A DNA stretch of 64,000 nucleotides from Utricularia gibba (Eukaryota > Plantae > Magnoliophyta): assembly GCA_002189035.1 (NCBI GenBank), contig NEEC01000008.1:558001-622000 (forward strand). Reading direction: 5' to 3'. The notes below the pieces were generated by a model, which was not told where the DNA came from, searched no databases, and saw only the letters and a list, made by a program, of their open reading frames with translations. Positions within the stretch are counted from its first letter, which is position 1. Each line of letters begins with the position of its first letter. The position numbers were made by a program, and so were the translations under genes. Positions 36,287 through 49,813 of the stretch are shown here, piece by piece.

Positions 36287-37943
36287 ATGGCTTCGATTTT
36301 AGCAGTCGGAAATTTATGGCCGTTATCTCCGGCGAAATCTGCCACCGTGAGTCCTCGACGCCTATCCGCTCCGATTGTTACATTCCTTTTATGTGGAAAT
36401 GGCTCCGAGACTTCCGACTCACGTGGTATGTTTAGCTTTGTTTTTTTTTTTTTCATGAGAAATTATTGTAAATTCGTTTCCTTGGTCTGAGAACTTTTCT
36501 ATGCTTTGCTGGCACGAAGAGGGGCGTGAGGATATGGGGATGAATATGCTGATTGATCGGAGACGAGCTACTCTGTCTTCAGTGGCACTGATGGGGGCAA
36601 TATTTACTCGTCAAGGACATGAATCTTCAATGGCGTCTGAATTTGCAGACAGTAACTGCCATTTGCATTCATTGCCTTTGTGATGGATCTGACTTTTTTC
36701 TTGAGCTTGTTATCGATTCTTGCGAATCTGATGAGTCGCACGCTCTAAATGTGTATTGCTGCATGATTATCTCGCTACATGTGCAGCCTAGTAGCTCTGA
36801 AGACTAACAGTAAGCTCCATTTTTGGGCATATAGTGCCTGCATTGCGAGGAAAGGATTATGGGAAAACAAAGATGCGTTATCCTGATTACACTGAGACAA
36901 GCTCAGGGCTACAATATAAGGTTGTCTATTGTAATGGCTGCAGAACCGCGGTATCATTTCATCTTTCTGAAACACAACGCCTTGAAATGTAATGCCAGAC
37001 GTCTGTAACTGCAGGACCTAAGAGTCGGTACGGGTCCAACTCCAACACTGGAGATACTGTAATAGTAAGCACAACACATCGATATTTTTTTGTAGCTTCA
37101 TAATTTTAGCACAAAGAGCAGTGCTTCAAGGGTGGCTTACATGAAACAATATGGGGGCATCTGAGAGATGACACTATATATTTTAGGTTGATTGGGATGG
37201 TTTCACCATTGGCTACTACGGTCGTATATTTGAGGCTCGGAACAAGTCAAAAGGTGGCTCTTTTGTGGTACTTCTCTCTTGCCATCATATTTTCATTCCC
37301 AAGTGTTCTTTTCGGTTGAGCCATGCCTCTTAAGTATGTTTGATATCACAGGGTGATGACAAGGACTTCTATAGATTCAGATTAGGATCTCAAGAGGTAG
37401 GAAAACCCCTTGGCTTCCATCTCCTTCAAAGTGCTGTGTTTGGTTCCTTTATTTATCCTTCACATAACATGGGTATGAACATTGCTGATTTCTCCATTGG
37501 TCGGCTGTCTTCAGGTCATTCCAGCGTTTGAGGAAGCTGTAGCAGGGATGGCTATCGGTGGTGTTAGGAGGTAAGTGTGCCACTGCCACCTCGAAGTTAA
37601 GCCAGCCACCATAATCTAAAGAAGAAACTCGAAATCTCAAAAAAGACTACCAATCTCGAAGTTATCTTTTTGCACTGTCAGGATCATAGTCCCACCAGAT
37701 TTAGGATACCCCGAGAACGACTTCAACAAGAAAGGTCCCAGACCAACGACATTTTCGGTACTCTCCATGTTTCTTCACAGGGATTGCATCACTGATAACT
37801 GTCTCCCATGTAAACCTTTTGCTGCATTCCCATGACAGGGTCAAAGAGCTCTGGATTTTGTGCTGAGGAATCAAGGTTTGATCGATAAAACTCTGCTCTT
37901 TGATATCGAGCTCCTGAAAATCCTCCCAAATGGGACTGGCTAA
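36287..37943 (+). CDS. FKBP16-3: Chloroplast lumen FKBP-type PPIase FKBP16-3; apparent 1-bp frameshift in exon 4
   Basis: Exons 36287-36425, 36520-36651, 36835-36920, 37015-37064, 37187-37267, 37352-37396, 37515-37570, 37682-37757 and 37839-37943. MPALRGKDYGKTKMRYPDYTET.SGLQYKDLRVG, VDWDG.TIGYYGRIFEARNK.KGGSF, IIVPPDLGYP, GQRALDFVLRNQGLIDKTLLFDIELL. Twin-Arg-like RRR in the transit peptide. Confidence 0.93.
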
Positions 37944-38299
37944 TCATCCATGGACCCTCCTCAAAATTCTATGTATCCTCCATGCAAAATTTTTTTATGA
38001 ACCATTGTTATACCAAAATTTCAGCCAGTACAGCTGTCCCTAATTTTTTAATTATTTGAACTTTTATAAAAAAAAATGCAATATATGAACTATTAGTAGA
38101 TATGAGATGTATTTGATAGTATAATCTAATCGAAGTAGATAACTAGTTTATTGAATTCTCTAAAACATTATATAAAATAAATATTATTTAAATTTTATAG
38201 CCATATTTGGTTATATTTAATTATTTTATCTTTAAAAAAATTTTAGTGATAAAAAAATTTTCCATTAAAAAAAAAGGAAACTGACTTGGGTTCGGACCA

Positions 38300-38470
38300 G
38301 AAGGCAATTAGTTGGGCCAAAACAATGTGGTCCAGCATATTCTAGTATTTAGGCCGAATAATCAAGGCCCAATAAAGGATTAGTAGGGCCTGGTGCAGCA
38401 ATCTTGGCTCGTGTTGGAGAAGCATTTGCTTAGTATAAAAAGGGAAAATTGTTGAGCCCTAAATTTATCT
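38300..38470. promoter_or_regulatory. Site-II motifs and a telobox-like element in the RPS27 promoter
   Basis: tgggcc at 38313-38318, ggccca at 38366-38371, gagccctaaa near 38455. This combination is established for plant ribosomal protein promoters. Confidence 0.45.
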
Positions 38471-38523
38471 CCCGTCGTCTCTCGACTCCACACTTCGTGA
38501 GACGCTAGTACTGCGAATCGGAG

Positions 38524-39049
<526 letters not shown>

Positions 39050-39441
39050 TTCGTACGCAGGATATGTACTCCACCGGCCCTTGAGTTTTGTTATGATTTT
39101 AAATGCTACTCGTGTCATTTATATGCGGTTCATCTTGGACTTGGAGCCCACTTTGTATCAGTTGAAATCGACTTTTATGCTTGGTAATGCTCATCAGTTC
39201 TTGGTTACGATATTGCAATGAATCTTTGGTATTACGAAAACGTAGGCACTTTATGGTGCCAATGGTACTTGGGCCGAATGATTGATTTCCAGTGACGGAC
39301 GTCTCATTGCCATTCTTAGCTAAGCTGGAAAGATGAGCTAATGCTAACCCAAAAATAAGTGGACATCCCTGTAGAAGAAGACAGCTGTCGATGAATGCTC
39401 TTATTCAATGAAGGCGATGCCCCCTGCTGTAACACCCTCGG

Positions 39442-42064
39442 CTACTCTTCAGGTTTTGCTCCCAGCCCAACCAGAGACAACTGCACAGAAGTAGTAGACA
39501 CGGGCTCAGGGAAGGAGAAAAAGACCGCAGGCGAAGTCATGACAGCAGCCTAGAAACGTACAATGCTGTTACTCGGATGGCGCCAGTAGAATCCTTGTAG
39601 AACCAGCGGTAGGATGTTGCAGGCTACAAGAATGTAGATCATCAATGCGTTCATCCCAATCCATTTCAGCGCGCTGGTGAACCGACTGTAGCCATGCACA
39701 TCAATCTGCAACACACATGGGCTGGTCACTACATCGTACCAAGATTTTCCTTTTTCTGGTTACAGCATCTGACAAGGCCTACCACTGCATAAATTGCGGC
39801 GAGGAGAATCCCAGCCACACCGGCCGTCACACACGTGTAGCTCAAAGAGTACAGAGCCTTGTTCATATGCATGCCTAGCACAAGGACCAGCTCCGGTGTC
39901 AGGGGCGAAGGTGGAAGCTCAAGACCAGGGAAAAGAATCTACCTGAGATGTCGCAGAGCAACCCGACCACGACAAAGACTGATGATATTCCAAGCCACAG
40001 AGTAAGCCGATCGTTGTGCTTCTGCTCATGATAGATAGAGATTGATGACAAGCAAGATTAGTGGCGAGGCGTGGGGGCACCCCACATCAATGCACAAGTG
40101 TTTGATATTCTACCTTGAAGTTCACAATGATGTGCCCGTATTGCAAGCCGATGAGAGTTGTGACGATGGACATCAGTGTACTGTAACATTGCGAGCATCA
40201 TGATCGTAGTCTGAGAAATACAGGTCACTTAGTTTGGACAGTGAAGAGGAAAAGAAACCTTAGAATTCCTTCAGGGTCGAATGGCGCTTTGCACCATGAT
40301 GGGGCACCGGGAGGAAGGGAGCCGTAGCCTGGTGAGTTTACACTACATTGCTGTTGAAAAAGAGAGAAACCCAACAGGCGTAAAGGATGCATGCCTCAGT
40401 AGTTACTGATATGGTGTAAAAAGCTTACTTCTGTTCTAGCATAGACTGGCCTTCGGTACAGGTGCTGAATACCCAAAAGTGTGCGATCAATCATTCCAGC
40501 AGCATTGCATGCAGGTCCCGTGTCACCTCGCACCCCACATTTTACCTTTGTATGCACATGGGAAGAACGTTAGCAGATGAGTCTTTGTGATCTAAACATG
40601 TACATGAGAACCAACCAAGTATGTCTCTGCATCCTGAGAAGCTTCATGTGGGCTTCGATACTCCCAGTCTGGAACATATAGGCCATACAAAAGCACGAGG
40701 TACACCATTGTAATAATGCCCATCAAGATCCTGTCTCAAATTGAACGTTGTATGTTAAAATAAAAGCACTGCATTTTGAACAGTAATGATCACTCCAGTA
40801 GAGTTTACCAGTGCCACTGATATTTCTTCAGCAGTGACTGTGTGGATGCAACTTTCTCATCGTTTCGAAGCCAAATTTCACATAGAGCTGTGAACAGATA
40901 TGCAACTGCAATTCTCTGAACATCATAACCACAATGTCAGCAAGATATCCATTGAATAACACAGCATAACATGTTCAGCGATTGTCGGATAATGAGATGC
41001 ACCTGCAGTATTCCCATCCACCGGATCTGTTCTAAGTCCACTCCATAAGTGAGATCGTTCAGCCCATGGAAAAATCCACCTAGAAACAAAATAGCACAGT
41101 GATGATGATGGAGACTCTCTGCATTGATCACAAACTGAAGAGAGCATGTATTGGAGAAAGGCACCTTGGAGAAAAAACCCAAGTATCAAAAGCTTTAATG
41201 CTCTTAAAAGAGCTTTATTCGAAGCTACAGCTCGGCATGGTATGTTCTAGACAAAAGATAAAATGGTTATTACAAAGATCAACTGAAATCAACTTGACAG
41301 CAATGCTGAAATGTGGCACACCTTGTATACGAGGCCAAGTGAAACGCCAACCATGAATAGGAAAAATGGCATAACAAAATCTGCCAGGGTCAAACCATTC
41401 CATGGGGAATGGTTGATGGCAGGTAGAACTCCACCAGCATTATCCACTATTATCATCAGCTGACAAAGTACGTAGATTAAATCAGATCAGGCAAATCTAC
41501 ACATAAAACCTAAAGCCCTTTCTGTTCATTGCATTCAGATTTTCCTCCCACTCACGAGAAGTGAATCTAACTCAGAAATCCTCAATAAACACAGAAAAAA
41601 AAACTTTTTTTCAGTTATATATACACATTAATCTATAAAGTCTAAGGTTTTCTCTTTGTCTCTGAAAGCAAAAGGAGTTAAATTAATGTTCTTGCAGTTT
41701 AACTGGAAGTTCTGTTCAGCACTATTTTGGAAGATAGCGATTACCTAGATTGGAAATATACAGCACGATGAAACGAAAAGGATTAAGTCCAAGTAGTACG
41801 GAGGTAATAAGAACACATAGTTACCACGACTGTAAGCCCGCGAAAGATATCAAGAGAAACAAGGCGCCCGGAGGATGACGTGTTATTCTTCGAAAGATCA
41901 TGAGTGACAGCGTTCGCCGCCGGAGAAGAAGAAGGATTTCTTCCTCGTAAAGTTGGTCCAGAGGAGCCATCATGACTGCCATCAATGGGCACAACGCAAT
42001 CTTCGCGCTGCAACTTCAGTGCCCCCTCTACACTCACTTCCCTTACAAGCTGGTAAGAAGCCAT
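39442..42064 (-). CDS. Heparan-alpha-glucosaminide N-acetyltransferase-like multi-pass membrane protein (~13 exons)
   Basis: Starts MASYQLVRE. RLVSLDIFRGLTV.LMIIVD.AGG..PAINHSPWNGLTLADFVMPFFLF.VGVS, GVDL..IRWMGILQRIA, VKCGVRGDTGPACNAAGMIDR, WC.APFDPEG.LS, GMHMNKALYSLSY. Ends LSLVGLGAKPEE*. The frame was traced through the exons. Confidence 0.93.
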
Positions 42065-43607
42065 GAATGCCGCCTTCAAGCTGAGACCTTTAGTCTTTAT
42101 ACGGATGCAGTCTACGAAAAATCGTCCAACGCTATTCAAACCCTATGAAAATTCCGCTTTCCCGGTCACCTCACAAGTCCCAAATAGATTCAATCAAAAA
42201 GCCGTGGCATCTAACTGTTCACTGACTCTGAAAAATCCCGATCCCTGTTTCCACCTTCAAATGCAGAAGAAAATCCGTCCCCTGGGAACGGACATGGAAA
42301 CACCAATCACACAAAACGTGGAAAAAGGAGAAGAGGGAATTTGTTGGTGTTTATGGAAAACAAAAAAAACAGAGCAGGCGAAGAATCCCAGAAAAATCGC
42401 TGATTCGTATTCAAAGAATTACTGGGCTTTTATAAAAGTTTTCCAGATTGATGTAAGGAGTACAGGGTGGATCGCAAAGGCCCTGAAACCTCACTGTCGC
42501 GTCGCCCGAACCCCCCCGCCTGCCAAGAGATTTATTAGTTATGCGTTACTTTTGAATGTCTTGTTGCTTTGGAAGCATTCAATTGTCCCACGGAAATCCA
42601 TAGCCAGATCTCTCAAGATCGCATCTTTCCACGGTACTTTGCTTATGCTTTGGCTAATCATAAGGCAACCGCTGAGAGAACAACACGTAAACAAATTCCT
42701 TAACTACTGCCGGCGACAACGCCCATGGGGCGGTTATTAACCAACGGACCATCGGTTTTGCAGATCCCATCCCCATGTCCTTTCCGTTTGACTGGCTCCA
42801 CACCCCAATTAGAATGCCGGGTTTTATTTATTTCTTAGGAAGCCGCGAAACGGGCAAGAAGATAAAAAGATGCTTCTTTTTGGATTATCCGATGAGCTGG
42901 TCCCCCATCAACATGGCCGGCTCGGCTTCTTTGAAACAACGGCGTGCATTGCAGGAGAATGATCCGGTGTTTGCACGGCGGTTCACCCCAGATACTGAAA
43001 TATCATTAATTCATGATTCAATGTAGAAAATGATAACGAAGATGGTGGATCACAACTCACAGGCCACGTGTGCCGGGGGCTGCACAGTGACAGAGGGGGA
43101 GAAGGGGATTGAAACAGACGAAAGTAAAAGTCGTAGTTGTGCACCACACCTCTTCTGGATTTCGGTGACAGCACTCACATTTCGCCGTCACCGACTTCTT
43201 TTTGTAAAACCCAGTTTTTCAAAGAGAGGAGGAGCCGTCTACTCTCTCAAATCCGACCGGAGCCATGTCGTATGCTTCAGCCCACAAAAAGTTGGGATGA
43301 AAATTGGGTTTGGACAGGTTGAGGACCGCAGTCCACGGAAAGGCCCATCGTAATTGGTATTACAGTAAGCACCTAAATGGTGGTAACTGGTGGCTGACGA
43401 CCAACTCCGGTTCCGTTTCGTTCTTCTGGATACTTCTCTGTTGACTGTTGTTTCCCCGAGCAAGCGCTGGTTTCTCATCTAAGGAAATATTTGTGTACTG
43501 CCCGCGACTTTTGTACCGCAACGGATTTCCCATTCCATCTAAGGGACTTTTCTCAGTATACACGAGTTGGGCGGTTTAACTCTTGGGAATTTGGCTCACC
43601 GTCGGAT

Positions 43608-45501
43608 ATGGGTAGAGGTGTCTCTGTCTTGGCGTTGGTGGCAATTTTTATGGCGATGGTGTCTTTTCTCGAGGTTACGCCGACCGCTGCGGAGCGTGCG
43701 AATAAGTCCGCCGCTAAGGATGGGGTAGATCTCTTGCCTTGGAAGCGCACTGCCGCCGATGATCTTACGGATGCATCTGTCCAAGACGAAGAGGAGAGCC
43801 GTACGGATGGAGGGTTTTCTTCTCTCGACGGAATGCTGCAGTGGGCTATTGGTAAAACGCGAAACTACACTGTTCATTATCTTTATCGAAATTTTATGAA
43901 GCTCCAACGTCCTGGAAAATCTGTGTCATTGGCGTGTTGTAGACCAGTGTTTCCTGCCCTCATAAGGCAGATTTAAGCGAAAGGGTTCAAGTTTTTTAAT
44001 TCCGGGTGATAACTGAAACTCATTCCGGTAGTATAAGCTTGTTTTTCTCAGGCCAATACTATAAACTCTATGTTTGGTCTATCCGAATTAGGAAATTCCG
44101 ATGCTGAAAAGTTGAAAGAAGCAGCATTAGGTATCCAGCACCTTACTCCTGAAGACCTGATGCAGCGTCATATTGAAATAAAGGTGAGGCCTTTATCTCT
44201 TATGACGTAGAAATAATGAATTCATTGTTATTGTTGGCTATGATCTATGATCTATGATGTTTCAGTGTAATCAGATTTGCTCACTGGTGTTTTTGATGTT
44301 ATTGGCCTGTGGGGTGATTCTACAGGAGCTGACGGAGAAACTACATGTTCCATCGGATGCTGAACTGATGAAAATCTCTATTGCCGATTTGAACAATTCA
44401 TCTCTATCTTTCGAGGATCGCCGTCGAGCTCTCCAGGAGCTTCTGGTTCTTGTAGAGCCTATAGACAACGCTAATGGTTTGTTTACTTCGCTGCATGATT
44501 AAGTTTGGCGTTCCCTCAGTTTTGCCATTTATTGATTGCCATGCATTCTATTTTCATGAACTTGGTTACATAATTTTGCATTGCATCAGATCTGCACAAG
44601 CTTGGTGGGCTTACCGCAATTATCAAAGAGCTTGATCATCGAAACTCGGAGATTAGAACTATTGCAGCCTGGATACTTGGCAAAGCCAGTCAAAACAATC
44701 CTTTTGTTCAGGAGCAGGTACACTTTGTTATCTTTAACATGTGTTTGATCCAAAACTCTTCTTTATCAATGTAGCTATTATCAGGTTTTGGATCTTGGAG
44801 CACTGTCGAGGTTAATGGAGATGGCTGGCTCCAATTCCACAGAGGAAGCTACAAAAGCACTGTACGCTATTTCGGCCTTGATAAGGAACAATCACAAGGG
44901 GCAGGAGCTGTTCTACAAGCAGGACGGTAGCGCGATACTTCAGGTGCCTTGAGTAATTTTGAAGAATGATTCTCCTGCACCTGTTTGTAAATCTGCTAAT
45001 CTTCATATGATCTTACAGTTTTCCCTAAGTCACGCAAGCATTGACATCAGACTACTAAAGAAATGGGTGGCCCTCTTGACTGATCTCTTGAAGTCTCAGT
45101 TGAATGCCAGAAATCATGAAGAGAAGTCTTTTTTCAGGGACACCAACCTTCTGAAATCTGTAGTTGATCTGATGTCTTCAACAGATCTTGATCTCCAAGA
45201 AAAGGTTCGTCTTGCATCTTCCCACTTGAAAAAATTCACGCATAAGGTTCCATCTGTTTCTTGTGATTTGCAGACACTCCATGCAGTCAGGAATTTGTTG
45301 TTCCTGCCCTATACCGATGCCATAGTCTTCAGGGAAATCTGTAAACTAGATGTTGCCTTGGATGAGATGAAGCAGCAGCTACAGAAGCTGCTTCTTGATG
45401 AGGATCTCAAGGAATACGCGCAGGATGTTCAAAACCTTAGAACAGAAGTTGAGCGTTTGTTCATAGGAAAGCTAGATGACAGAAACAAAGCTTTGTTGTA
45501 G
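43608..45501 (+). CDS. SIL1: ER Hsp70 (BiP) nucleotide-exchange factor, SIL1/Fes1-like ARM protein, 7 exons
   Basis: Exons 43608-43851, 44092-44183, 44326-44476, 44590-44717, 44785-44943, 45019-45204 and 45274-45501. Signal peptide; GGFSSLDGMLQWAIG.SD.EKLKE; LQELL.LVEPIDNANDL.KLGGL; AAW.LGKASQNNP.VQ.QVL.LGAL. Confidence 0.9.
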
Positions 45502-46689
45502 CATAGATTTCTCAAACAGCTGCTGCTTCCTTCAGAGTGGACATTACTAGCTGCTTCTAACACCATAATTTCAAAAGCTGATTCTCATCTTGTATTCCAG
45601 GAACAAGACTGCTGCTTCTTACAGACTACAGTTAAAAGAAAATGTAGAATTGTGGCTGCATACTTAATTACAACTATGAATTGCTCCAATTAGCTGGTGA
45701 GTTTATTTTAGAAATGAGTATCTTTTTTCTTTGTGATCTGAGAAATGACTACCTCCACAAAAAGTTTTGAAAAATGATCATTATTATTGTTTGACATTAA
45801 AATAAATGCTAAATTCATAAAGTATATTGACATGTATTTCACATTTTGTTTTGTGTGTGTACTCCTATATTAATAAATATTCTTTCATTAATATCTGAAA
45901 ACAATGCTAAATTTAACATTGTTTGTATTTAAACACTAAAATGTATTGAAAAATAACGTGATAAAATAGATACTTTAATTTTAAAAAATATGTAAATATT
46001 AATATAAAAATTTCGTAATTATCTTAAATATGTTCTCAAATATACTTAATAAAAAAATCACAAATATTTATCTGAAATAATGATCCTAAGTGATTATTCA
46101 ATTTTTTAAACCAAAAATATTTTTTCAGTTATCATTTAATACTATAAGTGTCATATAATAGTTTTTTCATCCAATGAAAGTTTTAAAAAAATTAATTAAA
46201 GACAAACTTATCAATTTAAAATAAAATTATTTAATTTCTAACAAATAAAACAACCACAAATCTATTAAATAAATTGAATATTCATACAACATGTACAAAA
46301 TCAAAATCAAAGAGATAATTATATTAATTATTCTCCTTTTTCTATCTAATTCCTCGATTTAATGTTATAAATTTCTTCCTTAAAATTACTTATATAAATA
46401 TTTGTTCTTTTATTTTATTCAAAAGATAATTAACATTATTTAACTTTTTTTGTAACTTTTTATATATTACTTTATTAGTTATCACTTGTACTTTTGGATC
46501 GTGATTATGATATTCAACTCTGATACTTATTTTCTAAATTCTCGCATTTCATTCTTAAAGATCTTATCTATAATATTTTTATAATATTTAATACTATTCT
46601 CATTTTTATGTACTATTTTTTCATAATCTTTCTATCTCATATAACTCAAAATTTATGAGTAGATTGATCTTATCCAAAATTTTTGGATC

Positions 46690-46916
46690 GTGAGTTATAG
46701 ACCATTAATTTGATTCAATTTGAGTAAATTGAACTCTATGTCATAAGTTTCATGAATTTCTTAATTTTCCTATAATACCTTGAGGAATTCTTGGTGCTTT
46801 TGTGCTATTGATCTTGTGAGTGGCCCAGGTGGAATGATAAGAGTATTGATATACTTTATTTCATCTTCATTGTCTTTATATGAAACATCCATAATCTAAT
46901 CATCCATTTCCTTCAA
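46690..46916 (-). mobile_element. Fragment of a second CRM-family LTR (first ~210 bp) with a PPT-like tract
   Basis: The reverse complement aligns by eye to the first ~210 bp of the 6916 and 11589 LTRs (agacaatgaagatga...ctcttatcatt...gggccactcacaagatcaa...ttcatgaaactt...ctcaaattg.atcaa.tt). TG start at 46902, preceded by gaaggaaatgga. Confidence 0.8.
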
Positions 46917-47859
46917 ATATATCATAAATCTACATGTTATTTATTCGTAAAAATAAGAATGAAACATCAATGAAAAATTAATTTCACTTGTGATATTCTT
47001 AAGCACATGAGTAATAAAAAGTTACTTTATTTGATGTTAATATTTTTTTTTTCTAAAGACATCTCGTTATATCATCATATTCATCATAGTGTAGTAATTA
47101 AATACACAATATATGTTAACTTCATTGGCTCTTGGTTATGATAATAGAAATGTTAAATTGACATACAAGAGTGGTATAACAAGGATGTTATATTTATATT
47201 GATTGATAAATGATCTTGATGTCACATAGAGCAAATATTGATAGTTATAAAATTAAAAATATCAACCATGAAATAAAGTTTATCTTTTCAATTGTACAAT
47301 GCAAAGAAAATGAACTACAATAAATTTAATTCTTTTGTCAATACAAAATTTCAAAAAATTAAATGCTATAAACAATGTCAATGGTGTAACTACTCACAAT
47401 GAGATATCACTCATAGAGTGTATCAATTAATTAGTATTACAAGAAAATAATCATATAGAATATTTTACTAATGACATGTAAAAAATAAGCACTATTATTA
47501 AATTTATCTATACTTAAGGTATTATTACTAATGACATATCAGATTAGTTCTTCAACAATTTTTATTGCTTGATTAATAATTTTATTTATTAATTTATCAT
47601 ATTTTTCTTGTTTAATATATAATACTTATAAATTTAATTTTAACATTTATATAGATTGACATAATATTTTTTATATTAATAATATATTTTTATTATTTTT
47701 TGTATTGATTAATTTATTATTTATAGTACGTTATAAAGATCATATCGTAAAACGATATAATTCAAATACAGTTATAAATTCTTGGCAGTCAAATCCTAAG
47801 AGGAGATAATTACGAAATATCTTTATCATTAAAGTTTTTATGTGGTTATGAAGACATTA

Positions 47860-48005
47860 CGAATAAAACATATCTGAATCTACTCACAACTCTAGTGAAG
47901 ATATAACATCCAAAGACACATAACTTCTGCATATCATGTGAAGAGTCTACCATCAACTTTCAAGATGTTTTCATGTTATGGGATCTTCGTATTGATGGTA
48001 TACTC
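47860..48005 (+). pseudogene. Fossil plant mobile domain (PMD; MAIN/MAIL or TE-borne) fragment
   Basis: The frame through 47889-47999 gives TLVKI*HPKTHNFCISCEESTINFQDVFMLWDLRIDG, matching the PMD hallmark ALVERWRPETHTFHLPCGExTITLQDVxxLxGLxIDG. Confidence 0.65.
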
Positions 48006-48659
48006 ATGGTTTACGTTTATACAAAATGCACAATACAACAATGACGTGAGCTATGGATAGTTCATTATAACTAGTCTATATACCTACATCAATGATATAA
48101 ATATAAAAATAAATAATTTTTAATATATCTAATAAAAAAAATATCTATATAATTGACATTCAACATATGCAAGATTATGAAGTAGTATGTGAACTTTCAT
48201 CTTTATTGTAGTACTAATTGACATTTTTGTTGTTAAATATCATAGTATTCTGATATTAGTAATTGGATGACATTCTAAAAAAAAAAATCATTAATGTAGT
48301 TATCTATTCTGAAATGATGAATCAAATGTAAATTAAAATAAAAGTAATTTATTTATAATAATAACAATGTAATCAACAATTGTATAATTATTACAAACTA
48401 TCAACAAAAATTGTATCAAAAAAATTAAATAATAAAAAAGAAAATTACAAAGTAAATTGTTTATTATTATAAATTATAATATAAAAAGTATAAAAATTTA
48501 AATAAAAAAATTACAAAAGGGAAAAAAATGATACTACCAAATTTTTCTTCAAATCCATCTTTAATCAATCTTGGATATAAATTAAGAAATTTCTAGAGGT
48601 GGAAGACATATATAGAAGATAACGTATAAACTTACTAATAAGAATCTATTATTGATTGT

Positions 48660-48805
48660 ACCCTATAGTAAAACACTGTTATTGATGACGCCTTATCGAA
48701 AGCACCATCAATGATGATGCATGTATGATGGTGCCATCAATATGGCATCAGGCATTAACTCTATGAAAGTCTTTATTAATAATGTCTCATCAGGTATAGT
48801 ATTGA
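48660..48805. mobile_element. Possible CACTA-derived subterminal repeat fragment
   Basis: Short inverted/direct motifs attgatgacgcc, gcaccatcaat and tgatggtgccatcaat. No clear TIR or TSD. Confidence 0.25.
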
Positions 48806-49813
48806 CAATATAATATAATTTTGAATTAATATTATATAATTTAGTTTTTAGGTGATTAAATATAAAATTATATCTTCATTTATTTTTGATTAAATAGTTT
48901 TTAAATTCTTCATTTTATTATATTTCATCTTTATGTTAAGCTCAACTTCATAAAAAAAAAAGTTATTACATATAATTACTATGTTAAAGATTTACATCTA
49001 TGTATTCTTTGATAGAAATATACTAAGATATCAATATTCCAATTATGTGGAAGGTTTTTAAAATATTACTTTATATCGAACATATAATGCAACTCCCACC
49101 AATACAAAATATTATTTTATATTGACTGAAATCAAAACAAAAATTTTAATAAAATAGAAATATGTGAAAATATATTTTATCAACATTTACTAAAAAAATG
49201 TATTTTACAAATCTAAAGCATAAAATGATGTATTTCATCAAATCAAACATTCACCGAAAGTGTTTATCTTAAAACACATTTTTTTGGAGGGAGTACTATG
49301 ATAACTGTAAAGATTGGTGCTTTTTTCCACATAATGAGATGGGTCTGCTGACTTTGCTCCATAACCGTTAACTGTGCAAATACTGTTGCCGCCCCTAGTT
49401 TCTTGGTTTGTTTCAATAGACTTCAATGCAGTCAACAACATGCATTGTCTTCTTTATGGTAGTGGAAACACTTGAATCATCATTGATGCCGACCCATTTA
49501 CTTGGAAACAGAAACACATCCATCCAACATGTTTATCACTGATTGCTCCTTTTGTGGAGCAAGAAACGTGTCCTTGGGAGGGTATGGGAGGAGAATAGGG
49601 GAGGGGGTGCACCTGAATATTCAAGCAAGGGATGCCAACTTGGGGCCCGCCTGTGTTGCTTCAACCATGCAAACAAACTTCTGTGCTCTCCCGTGATGCT
49701 ACAGGCATTTCTCCATGTTCAGCCGCATCTGATCAAAGCATCTTTGTAAAAAGCTGTGACCTTTTGTAAGGTTCCATGGTCAATGCTTTTCGCAGGATAA
49801 AGTGTCTGGTTTC

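Noticed and set aside
46517-46527. PBS-like GTATCAGAG on the minus strand near the CRM LTR fragment
   Set aside because: The intervening sequence does not match the LTR 3' half, and the fragment is preceded by a PPT, so it is not a 5' LTR.
47435-48213. Degenerate CACTA TIR pair as a defined element
   Set aside because: Several mismatches and non-matching 3-bp flanks (TAG vs CTA); kept only as a hint in the PMD finding.
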